From Asterias rubens (lineage: Eukaryota), in assembly GCF_902459465.1 (NCBI RefSeq), contig NC_047074.1, positions 2,542,001 to 2,606,000 on the forward strand: DNA of 64,000 bases, in the 5' to 3' direction. This document shows, in pieces, positions 9,401-20,433 of this stretch; the stretch's first letter is position 1, and the number at the start of each line of letters is the position of its first letter. Below the pieces are notes generated by a model. It was not told the origin of the DNA, searched no databases, and saw nothing but the letters and a program-made list of their open reading frames with translations. The position numbers and the translations under genes are program-made.

Positions 9401-11198
9401 TTTACACAGCTACACTGGACTGTGACAAACAAAACAACCCTGCCGATCAAAGATAACATTTTAATTATGTACTCTTTAAGCCTGTGCTCTTTGTGTTCGC
9501 CTGTTGTGCAGCCAACTGATGATGATGCTCATTTTCAAAAAGCAGTGGACACTATTGGTAATTCTTCAAAATAATTATTCGCATAAAACCTTTCTTGGTG
9601 ACAAGTAATGGGGAGAGGTTGATGGTATAACACATTGTGAGAAACGGCACCCTCTGAAGTGCCATAGTTTTCGAGAAAGAAGTAATTTTCCACGAATTTG
9701 AAATTATTATCTCGCAAGTTCGATGACCGATTGAGCTCAATTTTTCACAGGTTTGTTATTTTTTGCATATGTTGAGATACACCAACTGTGCAGGCTAGTC
9801 TTTGACAATTACCAATAGTGTCCATTGTCTTTAAAACAAAACAATCTATAGGCCTAGAATTTCAGTCAGCGCCTTGTATCTCAGAACTTGATTATTTTCT
9901 CTGCAAAAGTCGCCTTGTCCACAGTCATTAGTAAATATTCAGTTCCAGGGAAGTACAAAAACATTTAAAAGACCAAACATCATACAATTAAAAAGAGCCA
10001 AGGATAGCCCAAAAGCAGACTCAATCAAAACCTACAGAAGAATTCCAGACAAACAGAAATACATCAAAGAGTAAAAAGAACTGTGAACAAGACATTCGAA
10101 GTCGGTTCTTCTTCTAACAAAACACCCTTTTCCAGCACCTTGTTTGCTTTGAAAATAACGTTCTGTTTTTCTCCGTACCAGCCCTTACCTTGCCAATATT
10201 TATTTAATCTTTCTTTATTCATTTATTCAATGGGAAATAATCGTTTTAACCAAGGGCAAGCTCAATCACAATCTCAAAAGGAACCAGGGAAATTTGTCAA
10301 AGAGTAAAAAGAAATTTGATAAGGTCAGTCCATGAAACACCAGGATGTCAGACTATTTCTGAAAAGAACCGTTGGTTTCAACTCGATGTTTCGATCAGTA
10401 TGCCCTGATCGTCTTCTGGAGAAATCAGAGCATACTGATCGAAACGTTGAAACCAACGGTTCTTTTCAGAACCACCCCAACTCATTACAGATAGTAATTA
10501 CATGGTGTTACCGCAAACCTTTCTATATCGTATTTCCACCATGCAAAGTTTCAAATCCTACTTATTGCTTAAATAACATACATAAACAACCAGTAGGCTT
10601 AAGCTCCACCCCTAAAGATAACTAAAATTTACCCAGTCGGTTTCCCTTTCCCTTTTCCCTGTTGTTAATATATTTAACTAAAATTAAAATTAAAAAAAAC
10701 AAGGAAAACTGCTACGCCCTAAACGGCAGTTTCAGTTACAAGATAGAATAGCTTCTGAGACTCGCACTCCAACAAAATTATACTGACAAATTGACAACAA
10801 GCTCAGTGAGTAGAGCACTGGGCACGTTAATTCAGAGAATGCATAGCTGTATAGTCAATTTGTCTTTGTTCGTTCATCCTGAATTTAAATTAAAATTTCA
10901 CCCAGTCAGTTTCTATTGCAGTTTATTACTAAAAGAAAAGAAAAAACATGAAAAAATGTATAAAACAAAATTAAAAAAAAAGAATCGGCAGGGTACCTTT
11001 GCTTCCCTCGGTGAAATCATGACTTGACGAGTCTTCATGCTGACTAACAAACCTCTGGAGTTGGGTTCGAACCTGAGCCAACTCAGTGTCATGGAACATG
11101 TCGTAATCCATTGATTGGTTACGGCGGGAAGCTGGATTCCACGGACTCTGATCAATCGGTGACATGGGTGACGACAAGGGCGGCGATGCTGCGGCCAT
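140..11198 (-). CDS. 10-exon gene encoding a ~1540-aa double-FYVE protein (Pep7/Vac1/rabenosyn-5-like N-terminal half) with a long repetitive disordered C-terminus
   Basis: Manual splicing join(10997-11198, 8091-8196, 7739-7829, 7322-7461, 6731-6950, 6330-6521, 5239-5436, 4874-4969, 4197-4304, 140-3409) gives 4623 nt with every intron GT..AG, compatible phases and no internal stop. FYVE1: WINP..C..C..F...RKHHCRKCGEVFC..C..VCSKC. FYVE2: WISA..C..C..F..KKHNCYICG..C..C..RVCTVC. Orthology is not established. Confidence 0.9.
3100..3270 (-). repeat. Coding 12/24-bp tandem repeat (QTPR/QTPN/HTPN)
   Basis: Repeated ctgggtgtttgattgggcgt(g/t)tgt units inside the terminal exon. Confidence 0.85.
3715..4196. 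repeat. Intronic 42-bp minisatellite, ~11 copies
   Basis: Unit approximately cagtgtatgattcctagactagcccccagtcatacctaccct; abuts the exon 9 donor. Confidence 0.9.
4197..4304 (-). CDS. FYVE gene exon 9 (GDLTDYFTSFVVAVSRLKKLKPQTNKQLKLVKALMR)
   Basis: Acceptor ttcattgcag|, donor AGG|gtatgt; 108 nt, phase 0/0. Confidence 0.85.
4874..4969 (-). CDS. FYVE gene exon 8 (YKQLIDALEIAGESPKVLPASRSNMQTLAKHQ)
   Basis: Acceptor ctttatag|, donor CAG|gtaaaa; 96 nt, phase 0/0. Confidence 0.8.
5239..5436 (-). CDS. FYVE gene exon 7 (SPELEPDIRHYVRVCTVCRQ...KFQDKIDAWLPK)
   Basis: Acceptor gatcacag|, donor |gttctt; RVC motif followed by a helical/coiled-coil-like segment. Confidence 0.88.
5475..5720. mobile_element. 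Partial Kolobok-like MITE (family of 47362-47783)
   Basis: ttaagggtttgggtactttttg...agatttacat...gataatgatggtagaaagcttccctt shared with 47362, 29660 and 35620. Confidence 0.6.
5975..6300. mobile_element. Intact Kolobok-like MITE, 326 bp, intronic
   Basis: TTAA|AGATGCTATGTCAGATTTT ... AAAATCTGACATAGCATCT|TTAA: perfect TIRs, RR..YY termini, TTAA TSD. Confidence 0.85.
6330..6521 (-). CDS. FYVE gene exon 6 (FYVE2: SAGTNCQFC...KKHNCYICGRLACFSC...)
   Basis: Acceptor ttgttgcag|, donor |gtgagt; three CxxC pairs. Confidence 0.9.
6731..6950 (-). CDS. FYVE gene exon 5 (AHLEKECQRLVEGF...WKKPITWI)
   Basis: Acceptor cttatag|, donor |gtaagt; phase 2 in, phase 0 out. Confidence 0.88.
7027..7285 (+). mobile_element. 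TIR-bounded element carrying a tRNA-like (A-box/B-box) core
   Basis: ~60-bp imperfect inverted ends (tttggttttaccct..accgatgtg..agcactgta..agtactttcccgagt) enclose tggtctagttgg...ggttcgaatttc. Related copies near 24560-24750, 56190-56385 and 56420-56580. Confidence 0.65.
7322..7461 (-). CDS. FYVE gene exon 4 (VCSKCFNSETQGPGQARIWTQTFLEMRR...)
   Basis: Acceptor tttcgtag|, donor |gtaact; supplies the last CxxC of FYVE1. Confidence 0.9.
7570..7690 (-). mobile_element. 3-prime tail of an L2/CR1-type LINE or SINE ((AAT)n plus agcgctgtataag)
   Basis: (aat)n microsatellite next to cttatacagcgctc. A similar tail is at 36605-36700. Confidence 0.5.
7739..7829 (-). CDS. FYVE gene exon 3 (CGEVFCARCLSFQRKLSPTAEYDPNGKLFM)
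   Basis: Acceptor tctgtag|, donor |gtaagt; continues FYVE1 in frame. Confidence 0.9.
8091..8196 (-). CDS. FYVE gene exon 2 (ITRLHWINPSKRSRCQNSSCKAKFILKLRKHHCRK)
   Basis: Acceptor ttttgacag|, donor |gtaaga; contains the canonical R(R/K)HHCR motif. Too short for the ORF track. Confidence 0.9.
9540..9830. mobile_element. Kolobok-like MITE, family AGGCAGTGGACACTATTGG
   Basis: TIRs agcagtggacactattggtaat / attaccaatagtgtccattgtct|TTAA. Confidence 0.85.
10345..10565. mobile_element. Penelope-like element terminus with an inverted partial duplication
   Basis: tctgaaaagaaccgttggtttcaac..tttcgatcagtatg is inverted against catactgatcgaaac..gaaaccaacggttcttttcaga. Second copy at 57160-57370. Family assignment is inference. 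Confidence 0.55.
10997..11198 (-). CDS. FYVE gene coding exon 1 (MAAASPPLSS...DFTEGSK)
   Basis: ATG at 11198; donor AAAG|gtaccc in phase 1 matches the exon 2 acceptor. Confidence 0.75.
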
Positions 11199-11394
11199 GA
11201 TTGTGTCAGAGCTTGTGTCTTACGATGGTGTTCTGACTCACGGCATCTGACGGCTCTATCAAATAAGATCAGAAAGTAAACATTATAGAGTCTTGTTGTT
11301 TTCTTTCAGCAATTCATTTGTTATTTTATTTATTTATTTATCTATTTATTTATATTACACACCCAACAGCACAATTAGTGGCAATAACAAGATG

Positions 11395-11572
11395 GATAGG
11401 AAACGAGAAGAAAATGTTAAGTTTTAGACGTGGGAGGAAAACCCCAAATAGGGAAAACCTACATAAACGCTTAGGGACTGAAAACCCAATCCACATGTAA
11501 GGTTCCGGTCCGGGGTGGGATTGGAACGGGGGTCAACAGATGAAAGGCATGGAAAAACCATTGAGCCAACCT
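11395..11572 (-). mobile_element. tRNA-derived SINE, Meta/V-domain-like
   Basis: Minus strand reads tggctcaatgg (A box)..gttccaatccc (B box)..catgtggattgggttt..ggggttttcctcccac. Related copy at 41215-41400. Confidence 0.55.
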
Positions 11573-12029
11573 AATGCCCAAACTGATCATTGTTAAAGTT
11601 TTCAGCTAGTTTTCCTCCCCACTCTCTTCCCACCCCACCCAATTCTAAATACAGACCAATTTTTCTCAAAGTGGTGTCATCGAATGTTTTGGTGGCAAAT
11701 TTTGCAGTGGAGGGACCGGTAATGAATCTGTAAGGAACATGTAAAGAGACTAATTTGTTCCCCACTGCCATCCTCAAACATGGACTCTGCGCTATTGAAA
11801 AATGGGAACACAATGAATTTAAAAATTAACATTTCCCTTGCTGTTTAGCCTAAAAGACTCTAAATGGGTTGCACCATTGTTGTCATTTCTCTGGAAGAGC
11901 TTACTCTCCTCAATGCCTTATAGGCCGTTAAAGATTCTGAACACCTTGATCAAGACTTAGGCTCCATGCTTGGATACAATACTCAAGTTTTGGACTACTA
12001 CTGTACCTAAACCATTCAGTACAGTTATA

Positions 12030-12985
12030 AACACAGTAAACTGGGCCGCTGTACTGCTTTAAAAAAAAATTGTTGACATCTGTGGTCTTATCGTACTATG
12101 TACAAACGAAAGGAATACACAGGATTACAGCATCCCAGTTAAGTCATGTAATTCATGTAAGTTACTGGGACTATTCAGTAAACACATCATTTATATGTAC
12201 CACATGTAAACAATGTAGACCCAGTTACTGGGCTGCTGTACCCCTTTAAAAAAAATTGTTGACATCTGCGGTTTTATCGCATACAAGCCGCAAGATGTTC
12301 AAAGGAAATTAAAGGAGTATAACAGGATTAAAGAACCCCAGTTGTGTCATGTAATTCATGTAAGTTACTGGGTCGTTTCAGTTAACACTACAATGTAGAC
12401 CCATTTACTGGGGCGCTGTATATATATACTCCTTTTTAAAACAATATTGTTGACATTGTGATTCAATCGTATACAAAACCGAAAGAGGTTTAAAGGAGTT
12501 GACAGGATTACAACACCCCTGAAGTCATGTAATTCATGTAAAGTTACCGGGTCTATTCAGTAAACACATACAATGTAGACTTAGTTACTAGGGTGCTGTA
12601 CTCCTTTAACAAAATTGTTGACATACTGCAGTTTGAACAAACCCAAAGATATTTAAAAAAAAAAATATGAGACAGCACCCCAGTTGTAAGTCATGTAATT
12701 CATGTAGGCCCTAAATTACTGGGTCTTTTCAGCAATCAATATACAATGTTACTGGGGCGCTGTACTCCTTTAACAAAATTGTTGACATCTGTGATTCAAT
12801 TGTTGTATACACACCGCAAAATGTTAAATAAAATTCAAGGAGTAGGGGGGCCTATACAGAATAACAGCACCCCAGTTAAGTCATGTAAATCATGTAATTG
12901 TAACTCATATTTAGTAAACGTATGTACAATGTAGATTACTGGGGCGCTGGACTCCTTTTTTTTTAAACGAAATTGTTGTCATATG
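12030..12985. repeat. ~180-bp tandem repeat, ~5 copies
   Basis: Recurring ctgtactcctttaa..aattgttgacat..cccagttaagtcatgtaattcatgtaagttactggg..caatgtagac at ~164-186 bp spacing. Confidence 0.9.
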
Positions 12986-13098
12986 TGTTTTTCATTCAAG
13001 CATTTGAGCATGCTTCGTTAACCCTCCGGCTTCGCCATCGGAAGGAGGGTTACGTTATCGCAACTAATTTTTTACTTGCACCTTACAGCTCCATGCTT

Positions 13099-13233
13099 GG
13101 GAAAAGTTTCTGTATGGCGCCACCACTTTTTTCATTCGCAATAAAATAATATAGTATCTAATTTACCTGATTGATATATCCCTTTTTGTAAAAATGAGTG
13201 AAAAAGTGGTGGCGCCATACGGAAAGTTATCCC
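13099..13233. mobile_element. 135-bp MITE with a 6-bp TSD
   Basis: atgctt|GGGAAAAGTTTCTGTATGGCGCCACCACTTTTT ... AAAAAGTGGTGGCGCCATACGGAAAGTTATCCC|atgctt. Confidence 0.8.
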
Positions 13234-14787
13234 ATGCTTGCACCAACCTAATCAAAATTGCAAATTAATAAAATTAAAAACGCAAAAGCTCATATTGTAA
13301 TGCAAGATGTGTCCACTGCTTGAATGAAGCACTGTTCCACTTCCCTCATCAATAACTAGATGCATTCTGAACAGGCTTTGACTGATGACAATTCCCGTGA
13401 TGTAGAATACAAAAACGGGCCTACATGTTTTTAGCCCCATGCTAAGAATTCAGCTAGCCTTGGCCACACAACACAGTGACAAGTGGGGCTAACACCAAAT
13501 ATTAATAACACTAACTAACAGTCAATGTTTTATGATTGCTGTACTGTAGCTCAAATTATTTCATATAAAAAATATTCAATTAATTTAAAAAAAACATCAA
13601 TCATTCGTCAGTCTCAGTTCTTAATACTCCTTACCGAAAATGTATCCGTGTAGAGATTTGCCGATTAAACTTCTCAAGATCCAATTATTTTACAAAGGCC
13701 TACACAATTCATAATCGTAAATTGATCATCAGCACACACACGGGGATTTTGCAGGCTACCGAAATAGAATACGTAATGTGATAATAATAAACAGTAAACA
13801 AGCAATTTGCACAGCGCCACCTCGAGGCAGCTTTGTGACAGTGTGAGATCAGGGCAGATGATTCTGAGTCATTGTAAACAATGAGTTCCATAAGGTTTCT
13901 CTTTACAACGGCTTTGTAAACTTCAAGGGCACAATACACAAACTCTTACACGTGGTGGTAATGAAGCAGTTATATAAATACTAACACCGAACACAGTTTC
14001 ACAGCATCCAGTTGTTTACTGATCTTTGTGATTCTTGAGCCGTCTCAAGTTGCTCAAAACTTGCCAATTATGCTTACCCCAATTTCAACTTTTGCTTGGG
14101 ACCGTGTGAGGAAGGATTGCGCTGTCACGTCACCAAACAACCGATCGCAATTTTTTTTGTTCGTACCACACGCTGGCCTCGGGGTCAACAGTGGAGGGAT
14201 CCGTGAAAGTGCCCATACCTTATGCGTGTCTGCGATGGTCAGCGTGTGGTACGAATAAAAAATTGCCAACCGCTCATTCCACCATTGCGCGTACTTGACC
14301 CATATTGTTTCCAACCCCCCCCCCCCCCCCCACCCCCGCCCCCCCATCCCCATTCCAATAAACTTATTGGTACTGTACTTCCTGTGGATTAATCCCGCAC
14401 TTAAAGGTTTTGAAAGTATCTCCACTACTTTTTTATATTCATGACATGCCAAGTCCAGCAGATAAAGATCAATGGAGCAATTGTGTTTAAAAATAAAATG
14501 CGCTTTAAAGTACAAAAACCGCTAGATGTCCCTTTTCACTTGAGAAAAATACAATAATGAACCAAGGGTTTTAAAAATCAGGAAATTTTCCACATTTTAT
14601 AGGCCTACTTAATTATTCATAAATGCGCTTCAAAGTACACGGACCGCTGAAAAAATAATGCCTATTTTCATGTTAGAAATGACAACAATGAACTTAGGAA
14701 TTAAAAAATCAGGAAATTCTCCAAATGTATTGGTATACAGTTAGGACCGCAGTTAGGACCGTATCTTTATAAAAATGGGTTTTAAAA

Positions 14788-15120
14788 GCAGTGGACACTA
14801 ATTACTCAAAATAATTATTAGCATAAAACCTTACTTGATATGGGGAGAGGTTGATAGTAAAATAACAGTGACCTGTGGAAGTTTGAGCTCCCTTGGGTCG
14901 TCCAATTTGCGAGATAACAATGGAAGAAAAAACACCCTTGTCACACGAAGTTGAGTGCTTTCAGATGCTTGATTTCGGGACCTCTCGCATGAGGTCCAGA
15001 AATCCGGAATTCAAATAATTTTACTGAGAAGTTTTTATTTTCCAAAAACTACGTTACTTCAGAAGTTGTTTCTCAAAATGTTTTATATCAACAGCTCTCC
15101 ATTGCTCGTTACCAAGTATG
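14788..15120. mobile_element. Rearranged/truncated Kolobok-like MITE
   Basis: ttaa|aagcagtggacactaattactc followed by internal family segments joined out of order. Confidence 0.7.
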
Positions 15121-15165
15121 CCCTATACGTTTTAAATGTTAACATTGAGTACAATGTCATTTTAA

Positions 15166-15551
15166 AGGCAGTGGACACTATTGGTAATATTATTGTCAAA
15201 GACTAGCCTCCACAGTTGGTGTATCTCAACATATGCAAAAAATAACAAACCTGTGAAAATTTGAGCTCAATCGATCATCGAAGTTGCGAGATTATAATGA
15301 AAACTATAAAAAAAAACTTGCCACACGAAGTTGTGTGCGTTTAGATGGTTGATTTCGAGACCTCGAGTTCTAAATCTGAGGTCTCGAAATCAAATTCGTG
15401 GAAAATTACTTCTTTCTCAAAAGCTATGGCACTTCAGAGGGAGCCGTTTCTCACAAAGTATTTTACCATCAATCTCTCCCCATTACTCGTCACCAAGAAA
15501 AGTTTTATGCCAAATTTGTTTTTGAGTAATAACCCATAGTGTCCACTGCCT
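15166..15551. mobile_element. Intact Kolobok-like MITE, 386 bp
   Basis: TTAA|AGGCAGTGGACACTATTGG ... CCATAGTGTCCACTGCCT|TTAA. Confidence 0.9.
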
Positions 15552-16210
15552 TTAATTCACAGTTCGCAAAATGGGTTCAAAGTACAAGGCCTACCGCTCC
15601 CAATGCCATTTCACCTCGCTTATAGAATAAAACTAATTTACAAACTGCTCAGGATTTGAAGTTGGACAATGTCGACGACAGCCAACAGGGAAAAGATCCG
15701 AATTAGGAGACCGTGGCAGGAATTGCAAACCTTAATTTCGAGGAAGTAGTATAACATGATCTTTAAAAGAGATCATTGTCAGGTTGTCTTTATTGCAAAT
15801 GCTTATAGCAATGAAAGTACATTTCTCTTGACGAAGCTTTGATTATTTTGCGTCTTAGAATTCGCTTTGTAATTCGTCTTTGCTTCAGGGACGAATACGG
15901 TTTTCCGATGGTAGTTCATACAGAGGGACTTGCACAATTTAGTTGTAAAGACAAAGTATAACACATTCATCTTTAGAGTACATGTTAAGCTGATTAGATA
16001 TCATCACGAACGAAGAAACTTACTCTCCCAGAAACTTACTTTCCAATTGAGGACCTATAATAAATTTGCCTCCATTTGCAAAGAATGCAGGAGATTAAAA
16101 AGAGAAATTTGTACGTAAAAAATGGCTTCCAAATGAAAGAAAACAAGTCACAAAAACACGACAGATTGTCCCGTTGTGAATGTCGGCAGCAGTCCTAAAA
16201 TACTAATATA

Positions 16211-16818
16211 GATAAATTATTTAATATTCTTCCCGAAAATAATAAAAGCGAGACCGGATCGTACCTAGTCTAGTCAGGATACAGCGATTTCCACCGTTAA
16301 TCCAAAACTCCTAATACGAAAAAAATCAACTATTAGAGAGTATGGTTTTCCTGCATGGTGATTGGCTGACGATGACATCATCGACTGATAAGGCAGCATG
16401 CTGATTGCTGTTTTTCGTTGGTATGGTACCCGACCACCAAGCCTAAGTTAGTCAATAACAAAAGCGCCCGTCTATACCATGGGCTGAATATACCCCGACC
16501 ACCAAGCCTAAGTTAGTCAGTAACAAAAGCGCCCGTCTATACCATTGGCTGTCATTTAGCCAATGGTATAGACGGGCCCTTTGGTTATTGACATTCAGCC
16601 AATGGTATTGACTAACTTGGGCTTGGTGGTCGGGGTAATATCAGTCGATGATGTCATCGTCAGCCAATCACCCGTGCAGGAAAACCATTCTGTCTAATAG
16701 TTGATTTTTGTGTAATGTGATATTTGGATTAGCGGTGCAAATCGCTGTATCCTGACTAATCTAGGTACGATCCGGTCTCGCTTTTAACATTTCCAGGTAG
16801 AATATGAAACAATCTATC
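16211..16818. mobile_element. Foldback-type element with ~190-bp TIRs and internal modular repeats
   Basis: 16211-16400 is the imperfect reverse complement of 16630-16818. The core has two direct copies and one inverted copy of cccgaccaccaagcctaagttagtcaataacaaaagcgcccgtctataccat. Confidence 0.85.
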
Positions 16819-18329
16819 CATACATACTAATTGGGGACTGTTGCCGACATTCATAACGGGAACAAATTTCCGTGTTTTTGTGACTTGTTTTCTCTGCTTT
16901 TGAAGCAATTTTTTACGTACAAATTTCTCTTTTTAAAATTTGAGTTGCACCGATTGTTTTTATACATACCGACAGATATGCTCTTCGTTTCATTGCTGGT
17001 ACATTATTTTGGTTGAGACTTTTCATAAAAGGCTGAAAATGACCGAATTCCAGAAGCCCTTTGACTAATTAATCTTCACATAGAGGTCACGTAGACTGGC
17101 ATATGTTGAGATACACCGAATGAGTAGACTGTTTTTTGACAATTACCAGTAGTGTCATGTCCTTCAAATTAATGGCATTGACGTTTTTTTTCTTCTGCAG
17201 TATCTGCATCGAGCTCCTGGGAAAAAAGCCTTTCTCATGTGGATTATTTGATAAAGTTTTTCGGCAATTAGCAACACTGTTGAAAGAGAGAATCCAATAA
17301 AAGGCATTTTTACAGCGAAATATATTAATCTCTCGGGAAATCTAGCTTTCAAAAAATTATATTCGGCTTCGCCTAACGAAATGGAACAGACTTTACCACG
17401 TGACTGAGTCTACGACAACGCTCCTAAATGCATCCAATAATTATATGCCTTTTGATCAATCCTTTAACTAGTAAATAATACGGAGAAAATAGTTGCAAAC
17501 TGCCCTCCAACCAAAAGGACCTTTTATTGTATAAATACAAAAATAAGTAAATAAATTTAACAAAACTTTTCGTATAGCAGAGTCATTCTCAAAGGCTAAA
17601 CGGGGCACTAGATTAAATTTGTATCTTTAAAAACTGTCGAAAAAAACTAACATTTAATTGAAGGTGAAAATTGCAATATCCGTTTAGAATTAGTAATCAC
17701 ACGTGACAGATTAATTTATTTATTTTTCTTCTCCCGAAAACTGCTGGTTAGGCCCTACATTACTAATTTTGACGTTTCTCTCGAAGCATTCGTTCCGTTT
17801 CCATGACAATTAATGATAATAATCAAATTAAAAAATGTGTGTCTCCTTAATCTAGCTTTATTTGTATCCTGACGAACAATAAATATTCGAGGCTGAGAAT
17901 AATGGACCGAAAGGTAATGTTGGAGGTCTGAGCTGCTGACGTCTCCCCACCCGTACTCCACTTCACGGTCTTCCCTCATCGTCCGAGACGCAAGGACCGT
18001 GGGCTCCCCCTCTGTCTCGGACGGGGGGGGGGGGGGGTCTTCACTCCAACAATTAAAATAATGACCTGTTCTGACAGCGCCCTCTTTTAAATCTTACCTT
18101 CTTCAGCCCATGTCAATCGCTGATGTCAAAGTCGGTTGTTACCAAAATAATTTAAAAAGTAATCACCGCACGATAGACTCGTGCCAAGTGTTGACAACAA
18201 CAATCACTGTGAAATCACCAATTTAATTGGAATTGCGTTTTCAACTTCATTATGGTTTCATTTATTCATGAAATAAAAACACACCACAAAGTCCACTCAC
18301 AGTTAGCCCTCCCCATTACTTCTAGAAGA

Positions 18330-19270
18330 TATTACTATTATCATTTCAATAACTGCTATTTAGTTGTGAGATTATCATTGTGTTCAAAACATTTATTTTG
18401 TTTTCAACTTCATTGTGATTTCGTCAACAATGAAATAAAAACTACGTCTTCAATTTTATGATTGCTTCATTAATTCAAAAATGATGATAAAAACAAGCCA
18501 CAGGGTGGGAAAATTCTTTCACAATAAACACTCCCCATCAATTAAAAAAGTAATTACTTTATAGTTATGACTTTTTCATTCCTAACTGCAATAATGTTGT
18601 AAGATTATCAATATTTTCGTTATAGTTTCCTTCAACAACAATGAACACACCATGAGACAATAAAACTCATCAGCTCACAGTGGGGCTCCTACCAAAAACC
18701 AATTCAAAAAAGTACTACTTTAAAAAGACAAAGACATTTCAATAACGGCATCAATAATGTGAGATAAACTTATTTTAAATTCATTGCGGTTTCAAAAATG
18801 AAAGAAAAAACACCGCGAGATAAGAAAACTCATTTAGCTACCAGTTGGGCCTCCTACCCAAAACCAATTCATTAAAGGGCTACTTAATAAAGACAAAACC
18901 AATCCAATAATTACAGCAGTGTTGTGAGATAACTTATTTCAACTCCATTATGTTTTTTTAAAAAAATGAATAAAAACACAACATGAGACAGAAAAACTCA
19001 TCAGATAACAGTTGGGGCTCCCTAAACCAAAATAAAATCATGACAATTTCAATAACTGCAACAATGTTGCGAGATTGTTTTATTTCAAATTCATTTAGGT
19101 TTCAAAAATGAAATAAAAACAAACCTAAATACAGAAAAAAAACATCAGAACAGAACCTCCTACAGAAAAAAAACAATTCAATAAATGACTACTTAATAAA
19201 CGACACTACCATTTCATACCTGCCATACAGTGTTGTGAGATTTATTTATTTCAAATTCATTAGGGTTTCA
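18330..19270. repeat. Degenerate ~120-bp AT-rich tandem repeat, ~7 copies
   Basis: Recurring aatgttgtgagat..tttcaa..ttcattg..aatgaaataaaaac..actcatcag..ggggctcctac. Confidence 0.7.
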
Positions 19271-19559
19271 TACATTCAGTTCAATTTTACAAAACCAGAC
19301 ACAACAAAAAGAAATATTTTATAGTAGTTCAACATTTCTTCATAGCAGGAGTTTTTGTCACTTCACTAACTTCTGCTCAATGTATGAGTTTATGAATTTT
19401 ACAACAATTTATCATCTTGTCCCTATATGTATATTTATCTTTACGACGAACCATCTAGACAAGTCGAGGCAAAGTATACCTTTCGTCTTTAAAACCGTTC
19501 GATTGAACTCGGTCACGGCCTTTAATCCTTATGATTTTTTGAGTAATTGCCAAAGGTTT

Positions 19560-19842
19560 CAGGCAGTGGACACAATTGGTTATATTTCTCAAAATAATTA
19601 TTAGCATACAAGTTACTTGTGAGAAACGGCTCCCTCTGAAGTAACGTAATTTTCGAGAAAGAAGTAATTTTCCACTAAGTTGATTTCGAGACCTCAGAAT
19701 TATATTTTGAGGTCTCGAAATCAAGCATCTGCATGAAAGCACACAACTTCGTGTGACAAGGTTGTTTTTTCTTTCATTATAAGCTTGTCCTAACTCGAGG
19801 TAAGACGAGTCCTAACTATTTGTGAACTCAACCCCAGTGTCT
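19560..19842. mobile_element. Kolobok-like MITE, internally deleted, with the remnant of a nested Harbinger-like MITE (about 19785-19834)
   Basis: Left aggcagtggacacaattgg; right ..gtcctaactcgag..gtcctaactatttgtgaactcaaccc|CAG|tgtct|TTAA. Confidence 0.7.
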
Positions 19843-20194
19843 TTAAGGACGATCAACACATAAGTCGCTTTAATTTTCTTTCCGAAGATGTTTCTATTTT
19901 GCTGTTGAAACTTTGTACCTTAGACGGTTTGAAGATTTTTGTGTAATATCCTTTCTTGTAATTGGCGGCTCGTCCGCTTTTGGTTTGGCTAAATATATTA
20001 TGTCATGAAATATCCTTGATTGGCAACACTGTTTGTATTAGTCGCCAGTAGAGGGCTCCTCGGAGGCTTACTCGGAATGACTGGGCCAGTCTACGAATCT
20101 GGATCGTTCGATTTGATCCAGATGTTTGTGTGATACAGACATCTGTTCTCCAGTAATTCGTCTTGTGGACAGTATTCGCGTGTTGTGATATCAT

Positions 20195-20433
20195 GGGTGC
20201 GTTCGATAAGCTTCCCCTGGTCGACCCCGCAGTGCTCACTCGGGTGAGCCCCTGACAAGAGCTAATTGAACGATCACACTCGCCCTCTCGTGGTGACGGC
20301 ATGCACCTCAGGTCACCCCCCCCCCCCCAAGTGACCCACCCACAAGCAGGGCACCCGGGTGAGCCCTGTCAAAGCTATTCGAACGTACCGTGGCAGACCG
20401 GGGTCGACCCAGGGAAGCTTAACGAACGCACCC
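20195..20433. mobile_element. MITE with GGGTGCGTTCG TIRs (Harbinger-like termini)
   Basis: gggtgcgttcgataagcttcccctggtcgacccc ... ggggtcgacccagggaagcttaacgaacgcaccc; sibling at 24018-24166. Confidence 0.75.

Noticed and set aside
17940-18040. cgtccgagac..gtctcggacg hairpin followed by a G run
   Set aside because: A single 10-bp stem with no second copy or TSD; not interpretable.
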